NCBI GenBank assembly: GCA_027923505.1
Contig: BROI01000021.1
Span: 372,001-436,000, forward strand
Direction of reading: 5' to 3'
DNA length: 64,000 nt
From: Mayamaea pseudoterrestris
Lineage: Eukaryota
In this document: piece by piece, positions 1-11,851 of the stretch
Numbering within the stretch: the first letter of the stretch is position 1
How the letters are laid out: each line of letters begins with the position of its first letter
Position numbers and translations under genes: made by a program
The notes under the pieces: generated by a model
What the model was told of the DNA's origin: nothing
The model's input: the letters and a program-made list of their open reading frames with translations, nothing else
The model's database searches: none

Positions 1-771
1 AATAGTCGCTGGTCCCTGAATCGTGTTTAAGCAGGCGAGTCGGGCTTGTGGAAACTTGGCAAGTTTATTATCTTCGTAGTCACTCCGCTCCAGCCAACCT
101 TGGCTCTCGACAATGTCCATGGCACAAAATGTGCATGTACCACCGCCACCGCAGTTGCCAAGCTTTTGCTTTAGTCCTTGATAAACTTCCACTCCATTTT
201 CGAGAAGCGTCATGCGTAGATTGTCACCAACCTTGGCGGAGATGCTCAAGTCGGCCGAGCCTGGTTGCTGAAACAAAATTGTCACTGGCGTACCGGCATC
301 AAAGGAAACAACGGATGGCGCTTTTGCCTCGTCTGTCACTTGTTCACTGTCACTCACAATGACTTGCAGATCAACAGTTTGAGGCGCATCAATGATTAGC
401 TGCATTACGTCGTCAAAGGCAAGGCGCGTCACGTTGGTTCCTTGGACAAAAGCCAGTTGCTTTCCCTGCAACTGGTCCGCGTGCTCAAACGCCGAACCTC
501 CGGGATCGACTTGCTGAATAATGACGCCGTTGGACGTTCCTTCTTCCATTTCCTCAAGCAATATACCGAGTGGTTTGGGCAATGAGAGTGAGAGCAATTG
601 CTGCTCTTGATGTTCGGTCGTTGTTGCTGCCGCTTCTCCATCTGACTGGAACAATTGTATGTGACGCGCATTAGGGCTAGAGAGAACAAAACATTCTGTT
701 CTCGCAACCAGTAAAAAGAGACTGACGAGGATCTTGGCGGCGGCCGCCGCTCCATGATGCTTGACCGTCAT
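1..771 (-). CDS. Plastid-targeted PDZ-like + 2Fe-2S ferredoxin domain protein (3' end runs off the window)
   Basis: Not in the ORF track; translated by hand. MTVKHHGAAAAAKILVSLFLLVARTECFVLSS (signal peptide + xxCF), then LSLPKPLGILLEE...GVIIQQVDPGGSA...VQGTNVTRLAFDDVMQLI (PDZ-like), then AKVGDNLRMTLL...NCGGGGTCTFC...ARLACL (2Fe-2S Cys motif). Open to base 1; an in-frame upstream ATG lies at 900. Confidence 0.85.
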   Translation of the reverse strand, partial: MTVKHHGAAAAAKILVSLFLLVARTECFVLSSPNARHIQLFQSDGEAAATTTEHQEQQLLSLSLPKPLGILLEEMEEGTSNGVIIQQVDPGGSAFEHADQLQGKQLAFVQGTNVTRLAFDDVMQLIIDAPQTVDLQVIVSDSEQVTDEAKAPSVVSFDAGTPVTILFQQPGSADLSISAKVGDNLRMTLLENGVEVYQGLKQKLGNCGGGGTCTFCAMDIVESQGWLERSDYEDNKLAKFPQARLACLNTIQGPATI

Positions 772-946
772 GGCGAAAGATGATCGAACTTGTGCGCTGG
801 GCATTCGTCGTAAGGGCATGACGTGGCGAGCGGAAGAATGATAATAGTTATAGAATAGGCAAGCATTGATGGTGCCACAATTCGACAAGATTTTCGTCAT
901 GGTGGTGCGAGGCGGCGACGCGTGGGATGTGATTCTTACGTCAGAG

Positions 947-1135
947 GGCTATAGTATGAAACGAATGCCAAAATGTCAATTACGCCACAAGGCAATAGTA
1001 CGAAACGAGTGCCAGTGAAAACTGCGTCAGTAGGCAATAGCATGAAACGAGTGCCAGTGAAAACTACGTCATAAGGCAATAGTACGAAACGAGTGCCAGT
1101 GAAAACTGCGTCACAAGACAATTGTATGAAGCGAG
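947..1135 (+). repeat. 42-bp minisatellite, about 4.5 copies
   Basis: Unit GGCAATAGTACGAAACGAGTGCCAGTGAAAACTGCGTCANNA starts at 991, 1033 and 1075; degenerate copies at 947 and 1117. Confidence 0.9.
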
Positions 1136-1275
1136 GGTTACCGGTGCGTCGCTTCATTTGCCACGATTCACACTCGTCGCCATTCGCCACCATGGTCGTC
1201 CGCCTTCGAACGGCCAAGCATCATCAGGAGCGGCAAAACCACCCACTCGACGCGGTTGCAACGGAGAAGTCTCGA

Positions 1276-2592
1276 ATGATATATTGGACGCCTCGTTGCT
1301 TGTCGATCATCATGGTCATGCTGCTTTTAGGAAGTCTGTCGCGTCGGCAACTCGCCTTGGGGGTGGTGGCGCGCCAACAATCCTCCGCACCAACCTACAA
1401 GACAATTCGCGCCCATGTAGTGCATCGGCATGGCGATCGGACTCCGATTACGCCACTTCTAGACGAGGAATACTGGAGGAAGACTTTGATTCGTGATGAA
1501 ATACTTGACAAGATTGCAGTGAACACCAAAGTTCTAGCACCAGCAGATACGAACAAGCACGCAGCCTCTGGCAGGGGACCGTTCGGAAAGCTGACGGAGC
1601 TTGGACTACTACAAATGATCAAAGTGGGAGGTACCTTGCGAGAAAGGTTCACGTCGGAGCAGATTCATGCTCGACTCGACGGAGCCAAACTTTTCCTTGA
1701 ACCACTTGGGGAGGTACATCCGACTGATTTGCAAGTCTACTGCACCAACTTTGAGCGAACCATTCAGTCAGTCCAAGGCTTGCTCGTCGGACTATTTCCA
1801 GATCCATCATCGACCACCGTCAATAGAATTTCCATTGATGCTCGCAATACCAACTGGATGATTCCTGATCCACAGCCTCGGCAGTCGCCGGAGCAATCCG
1901 ATTTGGAAAAGTCACTCTCATCGCGTCCACACATACTAGAGCGTGAACAAGATCTCAAACCACTAGCGATTCGCGCCACCAAAGCATTGAGACACTTGTT
2001 GGCAGCTGACGCGCACGAAATCTCTTTTGGCGTGGATGGCGACATTGACAATGAACAGTCTGGCAGTCAGCAAGTGGAACTGCAGCCGCTTGGTTGGAAT
2101 CAGTTGGCGGAAATTACAAAATGCTTGTCGGTTCGTGAGCTACTACCAGAGGGAATCGGCGCGGACATGGTGGAAAAGATTGGCAAACACGCCGCTTGGC
2201 GCTGGTTTGAAAACTTGACGAATGAGCGATTGGTGCATTTGGCCATGCATAAAATGTCGCGCGCCATGATTGATACACTCATGGACGATGATAGCAAACG
2301 ACTTGTTATTTGGAGCGCACATGATTCCACTTTGATTGGATTGCTTTGCGCGTTTCGTCTTCAAATGCCGGCTGTTTGGCCCGAGTATGCGAGTTCCATT
2401 GTTGTGGAGCTTATTGAAGCGAGCAGTAGCATGAATGGCAACGAGAAAGAGCGCTTTGTTCGTTTCTCACTCAACGGCGAGCAACTTAATTGCGAGTGGA
2501 AGGGAGAACCGGTCATGGATATGATTCCGGTGAGTATGTTGTCAGGAAAGATTGGCAGTACGAATGGTGTTGCGTCGATAGAGACTTTATAG
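1276..2592 (+). CDS. Histidine acid phosphatase (branch 2) family protein
   Basis: Catalytic RHGDRTP motif, GKLTELG, TNFERTIQS, C-terminal AHDSTL and WPEYAS. Start uncertain: the ORF opens at 1093 and a hydrophobic leader follows the ATG at 1276. Confidence 0.85.
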   Translation: MIYWTPRCLSIIMVMLLLGSLSRRQLALGVVARQQSSAPTYKTIRAHVVHRHGDRTPITPLLDEEYWRKTLIRDEILDKIAVNTKVLAPADTNKHAASGRGPFGKLTELGLLQMIKVGGTLRERFTSEQIHARLDGAKLFLEPLGEVHPTDLQVYCTNFERTIQSVQGLLVGLFPDPSSTTVNRISIDARNTNWMIPDPQPRQSPEQSDLEKSLSSRPHILEREQDLKPLAIRATKALRHLLAADAHEISFGVDGDIDNEQSGSQQVELQPLGWNQLAEITKCLSVRELLPEGIGADMVEKIGKHAAWRWFENLTNERLVHLAMHKMSRAMIDTLMDDDSKRLVIWSAHDSTLIGLLCAFRLQMPAVWPEYASSIVVELIEASSSMNGNEKERFVRFSLNGEQLNCEWKGEPVMDMIPVSMLSGKIGSTNGVASIETL

Positions 2593-2656
2593 TAATATCT
2601 ATAATGATGTACAGAGTGACGGACTATATTTAAAAGAACTCAGTTTTGACATAGTT

Positions 2657-5600
2657 CTAACTTCCATAGACACGCCGTTGCAACGCGCCTGGAAAGGTGG
2701 CGACGACGCTCAACCAAGGCTGCTCCACCACTAGCATTTCGTCTTTTGCAACGTATCCCAGATGCAACATGCTGTTGTAGCGGAGGCACAATTTGCAGTA
2801 TGCCGATGATTCGGGTTGGCTTGGCTTTGCCGCATCCATAGCAGAGCCCCGCTTTCGCTTCTTGTCTCGCACGTGGGTTTCGGGAAACGTTAAGCAGGCT
2901 CGCGGGAATGGTTCGTTCAAGTCGAAAACCACAAACGCACCAAATGATCCCTATTTAACGGAAACGAGCGTGTTAGTAAATGTTGCCCAAATCTATACCA
3001 GTAGTCAGACATGGCGAGACAACTGGGCGAAGCCGGGCGCTAGCATGCTCTTTGCAATGCGATTCATCGACGCTCTAGAAGATAGGTGCGACGTTCTTAT
3101 GCTCTGCAAATGTTGCCTACTGCTATCTGGTTGCTTACCATGAACAACTTGTGCGGGGCCTGTGGATCATGAAATATTCTGACAGGGTAGTCCTCGGTCC
3201 GCTGTTTCAGCTCATCTGGAAGCGTCAAGGCAACCGGATAACCTGCATCTTCGCTCCATTTATCCAATTCGCGCGCAGCAACATCAAATACATATAAAGA
3301 AAAGTCCGAACAGCCAACCGCGATGCGAAGTCGATCACCTTCTATAAACGTTACAGCCGAGGAAACGTTTTCTAATGGAGGCAGAGTCCACCAGAACTGC
3401 AGCCGATTCTCAGATACCTTCTTGTGTAGATCCACAAATGACCCTTCCAAGCTAGTTTTTAATGTTGCAACATATGTTCCACACTGCGATATATGAACGG
3501 CTGAAGCGCGCGAGCTTCTGCTGGGTGTCATCGTCTTCGCTTCGTCGGTAAATGTTAATTCGACGACACGACACCCATCGGATAGATTAAGGAGATAAAT
3601 TTTATTGTCGCCTGACGCGATTATCAGCTGGTGCAACTGATGAAAACACATTGCTTGCGCTGCAAAACCATCTGGGAATTCCACTTTCAGCTGCTCAGGC
3701 TGCAACTCACCAGCAACTAGAGTGAGTCGGAAAATGTAGAGAGTTGACATATCGGCAACCGCGAGATATTCAGCATCCTCACTAATTGCCACACACGTTA
3801 AATTAGCCGAGCCGGTGAACTCAATACTGCGCAATAAAGTACTCCCCTCAGAGACAGTCAATGGAAGTAGAATTGCTGGAGCGGTATCGGCAAGTCTATG
3901 TAGTTCGACAACATCCTCTCTCATCATGCCGAACATCCTCGCCTTTCCGGCAACCGCTATCGACCCAGTGTTCCAAGGAAATACAACCTTCGGCCGACCT
4001 TTCTTAAAGTTTGTGGTGTCGTATAAACTCAGCTTCGTGTCAATACCACCCGAGACGAGCATATCTTTTTCTGGCTCATCTGAAGGGCCAACACGATATA
4101 TTGCAAGAGCATTGACATCATGGCTATGCGGCCTTTGTGCATTAGTTAGTAGCCATTTGGAATCTTTTGCTCCCCGTCCAGCCGCTGAGGAAGGTCTCTC
4201 AATACAGACGACGCGAGAATCGACTCCGCTCGCAAAAACCATGTTTTCGTCAGCTGTAACCGCCAGAGTAAGAACATCGGCCTTATCACCATTCTGATCA
4301 AATGACTGCTCAAGTGTGCCACTATTTCCGTCCCAAATTTGCACATGACCAAGCGAATCGGCTGATATAAGGGTGCCATCAGTGAGACACTCGAGCGCCC
4401 AAACTTTGGTAGGAGTAGACCGTCCTTGCAATTCAACAGTCATCCGGACAGACGGCTTACAACTGCCATGAGCGCCTAGTGTATATGCCGAAGATGCTTG
4501 AAAGTCGTAACGTCGGATAGTACCGTCAGCCACACCGGCAAAAATGTTGCTTTCGTGAGGTGTTGAGCGCTTGCGAATCCATGCCAAGGAAAGGACAGCT
4601 CCCCCGGCAGGTGGCACGGTCGTAACAAGTTCGAGCGCTTGCGCCTCTGGCTGTACCTTGAAAATGCGAATGCAACCATCTTCACAACCAGCAGCGACAA
4701 GTTGGCAACAAGTTCCCTCACAACAATGACGCTGACATAGCGAGACGAGCGAAAAGACTCCACCTCCACCACTTTGAATCATTCCCCGAGTCGTTCCAGA
4801 GATAGCATCAATAAGAAATAGCGAACCGTCTGGGCTCCCTCCAACAAGGTTGGGTGTTTCTTCTTGCGTCTTGTTAGCCGAGCTGGAGCAAGTCCAAGCC
4901 ATGACCCTGGCTGCTTTGTTTCTATTACCAGCCATCGTCGTAATCACTCGCAATTTCTCGTTCGCGGCTCGAATTTCCACGCTTCCATTATCTCTGCTAA
5001 TGGCAAGGTAATCCAAACAGCCATTTCTCGGAGGAGTCGCTTTGATGGAAAGAATAGGCTTGGGATGGAAATTCATGTAGCGTACGCGATGGACAGCAAC
5101 ATTCACGGTACAAGCAGTCGCAGCTTTTGGATCCGCGGATACTTGCTTTTCTTTCTTTCCCTTCTTGTCTCTCTTTTTTGCCAGTTTCAATATTCGCTCT
5201 TCGTGGGTGACGGTCGACTTGGCACGCTTGGGCTTCTTCGACTTTGGTGTTGCATCGGCATCCGTATCGTTTGTACTCTGAATGCGCCTATTCTTCTTCT
5301 TGTTCGAGGCATACATCTTATTCTCAGGACTCTCGTCTGATAGTTTTACGTCTTCGTTGGTTGGACTTGTTTTGGTCTTGATCTTTGACGACATCTTCTT
5401 GGCACTCGACTGATCGATCGACTCCATCGAAATGTCGCTATTTGAACGCCTCCTATCTGAAGATGCTGTTGTCAAGGATTTGTCAGATTTCTTGCTCTTG
5501 TGCCTCTTTGCTCGGCGCTTGGCCCGTTTCCTCAGTCGCTCCGCCTCGGTTTCGTCGACAGAACTTTTCTCCGAGGCACTCGAGACATTGTCCTTTGCAG

Positions 5601-6006
5601 CTGGCGTCAGCGCCTTTTTGCTTGACTTGAGCTTATCTTTGCGTTTAAAAATCTCCACTGATACGTTGATTTCCTTTCCAACGTCTTGATCGATCATCGA
5701 TGTCGAGACCATCTCATTATTCGTTCCTTCCTTGCCGCGAGTGGCTTCGCGGGTCGGCGACTTGGACTTGGATCCTGTCGACCTCATGGAAGCATCGCTT
5801 TCGGCTCGCTTTCGACCAGAAGTCTTGTTTGCAGATGATTTCGCTGGTGACTCAGCAGTTTGTTTCGACCGACGTTTTGGAGTAGTCACAACACTTCCAT
5901 CTTGTTGGCTTCCTGATCGAAGCGTCCGCTTCGTTGGAGTCGACGCTTCCACTGGTGGGACCGCGTCTCCTTGGCTTTCGCTAGATGCATTTCTTGTCTC
6001 GACCAT
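2657..6006 (-). CDS. UTP4: U3 snoRNA-associated protein 4 (UTP4/cirhin), WD40 repeats, with a long basic low-complexity N-terminus
   Basis: VHRVRYMNFHPKPI, LAISRDNGSVEI, GCEDGCIRIF, ISADSLGHVQIWD, HSHDVNAL, LVSGGIDTKL, and C-terminal EMLVVEQPW...LQRRVYGS. Phase-0 GT-AG intron 2951-3138 joins the two ORFs. Confidence 0.85.
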
Positions 6007-6313
6007 CTCTAAACTTTCCAAACTATTGCAGCTTCTACTTTGACGATGAATCCTTCGTGCCTGGGTCGATCTTTTTTGTTGGAACGAAACATTGGAGGGC
6101 TGTGACAGCCTATCAGAAAAGGCGCGTGTGCTGCTTTTAGCTAAGAATCGCTTATCTTCACCAAGGCAACCCGGTTTGTGACATGGTTTTGAGCGCTACC
6201 GGCAGTATACACACGAATAGAGTTGTCACTTGTTATTTAAAACATTGTTAGCAAGAAATACTGAGCTGGATGCTTCACAAATTTGGAACGGCAGCAATTG
6301 CCGTCTCCCACAG

Positions 6314-7409
6314 CTACAACCCGGACGAGATTGCCGCTGCACCATCAGCGTCCTTTGCTAGCCATTTTTGTACCATTGGCTGGAACAAGTCGTATGACCA
6401 CTTGAGATTCAAAATGCAGAGAAAGAAGTGGACTGGTATGAACAGCATCGGCCAGTGCCACAACACATTGGTTTCCAAAACCTTTAAATGGGCCATTTGC
6501 AAAAAGACAAAAAGGATAGCAGGATAGATGAAACAGCGGACAATGATCCATGATGTGTAAAAGAAGGCCGAAACAACCTCTTGAAGTAGGGGCGACTGTA
6601 TACTCTCTCGTCGCTTGTATAGCACTCGCCTCAAAATGAGAAACCACGTATTGACCTCTACAGTTAAACAGGCACCCATGAACCACCTAAACTCCGACCA
6701 ATGCAGCGGAGCTGACAAGTATGCAATCGCAACTGCGTGATGCTGTGGAACAGTAGTGAAAAGCCTAGCAGCATGAGACGCAGCAAACCGATGAGCGACT
6801 GCAATTCATCCGCAAACAACACGTCTCACCTTGACAATAATTCCCGGACTCTTGACACAAATTGGGATCCGAGAAACCCACATTAAATCAATAAAGAAGT
6901 ACAAAATGGTTGTCTGCAGCAGAAACGGAGGCCAGATTGAGAAATACTTTCGAGCGACACTTGCCTCGTTGTCAACGCAACAATCAAACTTACGGCCCAA
7001 TTGAGGTAAAAATGATTACCGGTCCAAGCCTCAGCCGGTCCATAACCTTGCATTAGTTTTCTATAATCCCAATTAACAAGTGAGGTCCCGATTACAAACA
7101 GCTGCATTGAAAGGAAGAAGGAAGTCAAGTCAAATCAGAGATCAGAGGTGGAAGGCGAGAGAATCTCAGCAATGAATCGCATCGGAATGAGAAACATACA
7201 CATCAAAGACGTACCAGTGCAAACAAATTAAAGAAGTCATGCTGCTCTCTTGCAATGTCTGCTTCTGTCTCTCTGACTGTTGGTTTGACAACAGCATCAT
7301 TGCTGCTGCTTCCACCCTTGCTGTTTGAGGCAGTTTCGTCCATCGGCGGCACGCGCTCCACTGACAATTCAGAAGTCTGCGGCGAAGAACACCGCTGCCG
7401 AGGAGCCAT
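6314..7409 (-). CDS. TLC (TRAM/LAG1/CLN8) domain membrane protein, about 4 exons
   Basis: Joined exons give HDFFNLFAL / LFVIGTSLVNWD / YFFIDLMWV...PGIIVK / HHAVAIAY...VEVNTWFLILRR...FFYTSWIIVRCFIYP, a TLC-type HH, E..T.FL and R pattern. Confidence 0.7.
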
Positions 7410-7671
7410 GGTCTATATATAGATAACAGATATTGATTTTATCTGCTGGTCGTCGAAGAAACCCGATTGGTAGCTGCTGCAGTCGGAAGGTCAAACTCCA
7501 GAGACGACGCTGGATGGCCAAAAAATGATCGTCGACGCGCTCCACGCACATCGCTGCTTGAATACCGTTGCGACATAGAACCGACATAGTAGCTAATCGC
7601 ACTCCAGTAATAAACTGGAATGACAATGACTACTGAGCTAATGCAACAACTCTAATTGCATCGAAACGCTA

Positions 7672-10044
7672 TTAAACATATTCAGGGAAAGATCGCTTCA
7701 AATGCTCGGCCAGCGATTTAACGTGCGAGCCGGGATGCCCCGTCATCCATCGCATCTGCTCGTCCATGACTTGACGAAAGGCTGGTCCACGAGGAATCTT
7801 GGTCAAAATGCGCTTGATAGAATCACCGCAAAGCAAAGGCTTCTCGTTCTGTATTCCTATCAGACCCACTTCTTGCAGAGCCGTGGCGAACGCATCATAC
7901 TTTTCAATGATTCCTTCTCGCAACTCTTCCTGACTTTCATTAATGTGGTCGCCTTCGATTGCGTATTCTAGGCCGTCAACTTCAACAGCGGCAAGCTGCT
8001 CGGATACAGCCAGTAGAAGGGCAATCCGCCAGTATGATCCAACTTTTCTCAGCAAGGGCGCACAAAGTTGCCGAAATTCCATTGCGTGCTGCCACACCGG
8101 GTCATCTTCGGTCGTACTATCGATCGGACGACCATTCATTGAGCAATGCAGTAGTTCTTCGCAGCTGTCGCCATTAACCATTTGTCGCACCACTTGAATG
8201 TCGCTCAGCAGAATCATAATGGAGGAGACGTAGTGGCCAGACTCAATTATTTGCGTAAACTCGTCGGCTGTTTCCATTATCAACTCAACTATTTCCGCCT
8301 CGCGAGTTGGTCGTTTCAAATCGTCAGCAAGCAGATTAAACAACGTTGATTTACTCGTCTTTTTTCTAGATCGAACGGATCCCTTCTCCTTCTCCACAAC
8401 ACTTGCAGTTACATCGTGCAGCGGCTTGAGGAAACTGGCGTACCATAAAAGACGACGCTTTTGGTCATCGTCTTTCAAAGATAGCTCGTCTTCACCGTAC
8501 GTTTGCTTCATATTTTGGCACCACAACGGAGGCGACCACCTGCAATCTGCAAGATAGTCATGGGTGGTCGATAGCAATCGTAAACATCGCTGAAATATTG
8601 GACCGGTATGAACGTCTCTGGTGACGTAACGATTCATTGGCAGGACTGTAGCTGCAAGATTCAGATTGATCAATAATCGCATAGCTCCAACCGGATCGGG
8701 TGATCGTAGCATGAGATCAAGCTCGGCCCCGACACGTTCGCGCGACACCTTCTGTGCAAGTGCATGACGGACTCTGTCATCCTTGGCTGCATTGGCAAGT
8801 TCTTGGTCCATAATAAAGCGTAAGCGGGCAGCGAAGCGAATGGAACGCAACACCCGCAGTGGGTCATCCAGCAGTGTCGTCAATGGTGGCAGTGGCGTGG
8901 CAACGACACCTTTCTGCAAATCTGTCAACCCTCTGCCTGTCCAATCTTCAACGTGCCCAGTGTTTATGTTGTAAAATAGTGCATTGATAGTCAAGTCTCT
9001 CCGAAACGCATCCTCGGAGGGAGTGCCAATGCGCATCAAATCTGGGATTCTGCTTTCTTGCGTATATTCCTCAGCTCGCAGGTTAACAAAGTCGATCCAA
9101 AAAGAGCCAACTTTCATTGTAGCCGTTTCAAGATGCTTCGATTTCTCCGGATTTTTCAACACCATGCCAACTGTGACAGTATCCTCGCCCTTGGACGACA
9201 AGTAATCGTTTAAATAATCGGCATACTCCCGGCCCAACATGTCGTCCAAGGCGATATCAATATCAACAGGCTTGCCAGCGCTGCCAGTGAATCCAAGCCC
9301 CTTTGAGCCTGGCCTCTTGGCCGGGTCCACGTGTCGTCGAAACTTGGACGTGAGGCGTTCATCGTTTGATCCGACTTGAAACACTTTGTGGTATGCTTGG
9401 TATTCGTTTGTTGCCAAAAGTTTGTCGCGTACCCATCCACCAGCTACTCTCAAAGTAGTAGAAAGACCCATATTTGCTCGCACTTCTTTTAGTAGTTGAA
9501 ATAGCAACGCCTCATCGTCTGTCAGTGTCAAGGGCGGACCATACATGGGAGGTCGCGCAGTGACGGCGGCGACGGAAGCATCTGATTTAGTCATTGCAGG
9601 TAGGTTCGATGATGAAGCATAGTTACGCCGCTGGTACATGCTGCTGCTACCACTTGTACTTGACACTGACCGTCGTTCCTCCCTGCCGCCACCAGTCGCG
9701 CTCAATACATGCTCTTGGTGATGTTCTATTGTAGCTACCGCACTATTGGCGCCGCTGATAGCATATTGACTCTCGGCGTAAGACTTGCTCTTGATGTAGT
9801 AGGCGAACTCGGAAAAGAGATCCGTAACGGCGCATTGACCCTCGAATCGCAGTCTTCGCGAGTCGGTCGCGCATAACGTGCCAGTCAATGGCCGCTTTGA
9901 GGCAACCGGATGCTGCAGAAACGCTGAGCTGCACCGCAGCGCCGTCAGCATGATGAGGGTATGGGCGGTTCGCCGACCAATATTTCGTTTCTTTTTGAGA
10001 CAGCAACAAGTACAGTTATATTGTCTATCGTCAGATCGTTTCAT
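7672..10044 (-). CDS. CCA1: CCA tRNA nucleotidyltransferase (class II, PolyA_pol head domain) with a long N-terminal targeting extension
   Basis: LRVAGGWVRDKLL, DIDIALD, KHLETAT, DFVNLRAEEY, EDAFRRDLTINALFYN, DDPLRVLRSIRFAARL, VSRERVGAEL. Confidence 0.9.
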   Translation of the reverse strand: MKRSDDRQYNCTCCCLKKKRNIGRRTAHTLIMLTALRCSSAFLQHPVASKRPLTGTLCATDSRRLRFEGQCAVTDLFSEFAYYIKSKSYAESQYAISGANSAVATIEHHQEHVLSATGGGREERRSVSSTSGSSSMYQRRNYASSSNLPAMTKSDASVAAVTARPPMYGPPLTLTDDEALLFQLLKEVRANMGLSTTLRVAGGWVRDKLLATNEYQAYHKVFQVGSNDERLTSKFRRHVDPAKRPGSKGLGFTGSAGKPVDIDIALDDMLGREYADYLNDYLSSKGEDTVTVGMVLKNPEKSKHLETATMKVGSFWIDFVNLRAEEYTQESRIPDLMRIGTPSEDAFRRDLTINALFYNINTGHVEDWTGRGLTDLQKGVVATPLPPLTTLLDDPLRVLRSIRFAARLRFIMDQELANAAKDDRVRHALAQKVSRERVGAELDLMLRSPDPVGAMRLLINLNLAATVLPMNRYVTRDVHTGPIFQRCLRLLSTTHDYLADCRWSPPLWCQNMKQTYGEDELSLKDDDQKRRLLWYASFLKPLHDVTASVVEKEKGSVRSRKKTSKSTLFNLLADDLKRPTREAEIVELIMETADEFTQIIESGHYVSSIMILLSDIQVVRQMVNGDSCEELLHCSMNGRPIDSTTEDDPVWQHAMEFRQLCAPLLRKVGSYWRIALLLAVSEQLAAVEVDGLEYAIEGDHINESQEELREGIIEKYDAFATALQEVGLIGIQNEKPLLCGDSIKRILTKIPRGPAFRQVMDEQMRWMTGHPGSHVKSLAEHLKRSFPEYV

Positions 10045-10988
10045 TTCTTTGGTCGTGACTAACTTTATAGAGGTACGACGTAGATTCGATCTGGAAAGGG
10101 GCGCCGGAAAATGGAGCAGTTGTATGTAATCAGTTGCTTCAAAGTTGAATAGGTCGTAATGAGAGTGAACGGATTGTCGTGTCTATCAACTTCTAGTTTA
10201 TACTACGGTAGGCCAGCTGTCGTATTGTGCAGAATCTGACGCAGTCCCGACGAGCTGCTCCCATGGTGGGGAGGCGTCGTTGATGTGTTCCAACAATCGT
10301 TCTTTATTAAGGTGCGGGTGAATTGAATGACAAGATCGCGTCGCACAGCCACTGGCTATGGACACGTCAGTCGAGCGATTACGTTGACGCCATGGGCTTA
10401 TCAAATCCAATCATCGTGACAGGTTGACGTCATGCCTTCTCTTGTTACTTAACAAAATGCACGGGGAAGAAGAACCCGAACGGAGAACGTCAATTATAGC
10501 GTTCTCGGTTCGTGACGAACGCGAGGCGAAGACGGATGGCCACACATCATCGTCGCTTCCCTCATCATAAAAACACAAACTGAGTCCTGCGGACCGCTGG
10601 ATGGGTTTTCTCTCAACAATGAACGTTGCAATCAATCAAATGGACACCAATCCTCTCCCGAGAAACAAGAACAGCACAAGCCAGCTTCGACGCGTACGAA
10701 CCTCAAAGGTTTTAGCATCCGAGGCCAATCAAACGCCAAAGGGAAAGGGACATTCGCGCGAAACATCAGGTGCCCCAAATCCTACGGATTTTTTTACTGA
10801 GTACATTCTCGGTACCAGAGAGGCTTGCGATGGTCAGCAGCGCGGAGTTTGCCTTCCGGTAAGTAAAACCAATCTTAATGGAGGTAAAAGTCGCTGGTCG
10901 TCGTCCATCGTCTCATCACCCCTTTCTCTCGTAGAATCAAATCAAGGGGAACGCTACCCCCGAGTCAGAAAGCAAGTCACTCGTCGCG

Positions 10989-11513
10989 ATGATTCATGGA
11001 ATCTTTGGGGGCGCAGAAATGGTGACGTCACGATCATCGTCGAATCTGCGGCAAGAGGAGAATGCTCTGCCGTTTCGTTCTCATCATGTCGGTGGAGCAA
11101 CCATGATGCATCAATCCATTCGACGCGAGGGCCGCCAAGAGGACGGCGGCACCAGCGACGACTCAGCCGAATCAAAGACCCGCAGCCGAGGCATTCCCAT
11201 TCAGCGGTCGCCGCCGTCGCACGCTTCGTCGGAAGATTCCTCGTCGTCCGAGTCGCCTGACGATGCCTGCAAGGAAACTTATGATTGGGCCACTTGGCGC
11301 ATGTACAATCGCATTATTGACCACCGGGCTAAGTATCCAGTTAACGCTAGCTACCTGTACTCGAGCTCGCCTGGTGCTTCTACAGGACATAGTCCGCACT
11401 TTTCCAGTCCTCTGATTGATGGCATGGTCACGCCATTCGACGACCTTCGCTCTCAGTTGTTGCGCAACGAAGCGCCCGTCCTGGAGGGCGAGGTTTTTCA
11501 TCTCGAGATGTAA
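10989..11513 (+). CDS. Hypothetical Ser-rich protein with a YDWATWRMYNRI motif and acidic-hydrophobic C-terminus (EGEVFHLEM)
   Basis: 174-aa ORF with a compact aromatic motif in low-complexity sequence. It resembles a motif recalled from uncharacterised diatom proteins (not verified). Confidence 0.6.
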   Translation: MIHGIFGGAEMVTSRSSSNLRQEENALPFRSHHVGGATMMHQSIRREGRQEDGGTSDDSAESKTRSRGIPIQRSPPSHASSEDSSSSESPDDACKETYDWATWRMYNRIIDHRAKYPVNASYLYSSSPGASTGHSPHFSSPLIDGMVTPFDDLRSQLLRNEAPVLEGEVFHLEM

Positions 11514-11851
11514 AAGCAACACCTGCATGCTACATGCTATACGTACTACTTCATGATCACTACTGAATTGGAGAACATTTCTCACAAGCCTTCTTCGAAC
11601 ATGCGTGTCACCCGACACGCACCCAAGCGCACACGCAGAATACGCGCGACTACTGGAACTATGCAAGCAGCTTCCTTCCACAAACCCATAGAATAATACA
11701 ACTAATCTACTTATAACAATAGTATATTATATACAACCCCTTTAGAGCGCTTCGCACGTCACGTCGAACGCGGCCCCGTCCGGCCACCAAACAACTTCGC
11801 ACGTCAAGCAATCCAGCCTTGCGCCTTCAGCCCGAGCATGGATATTTATTA

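Noticed and set aside
10601..11260. 219-aa ORF overlapping the 10989-11513 gene, and other antisense or overlapping ORFs in the arms
   Set aside because: They have no recognisable motifs and are shadow frames of better-supported genes.
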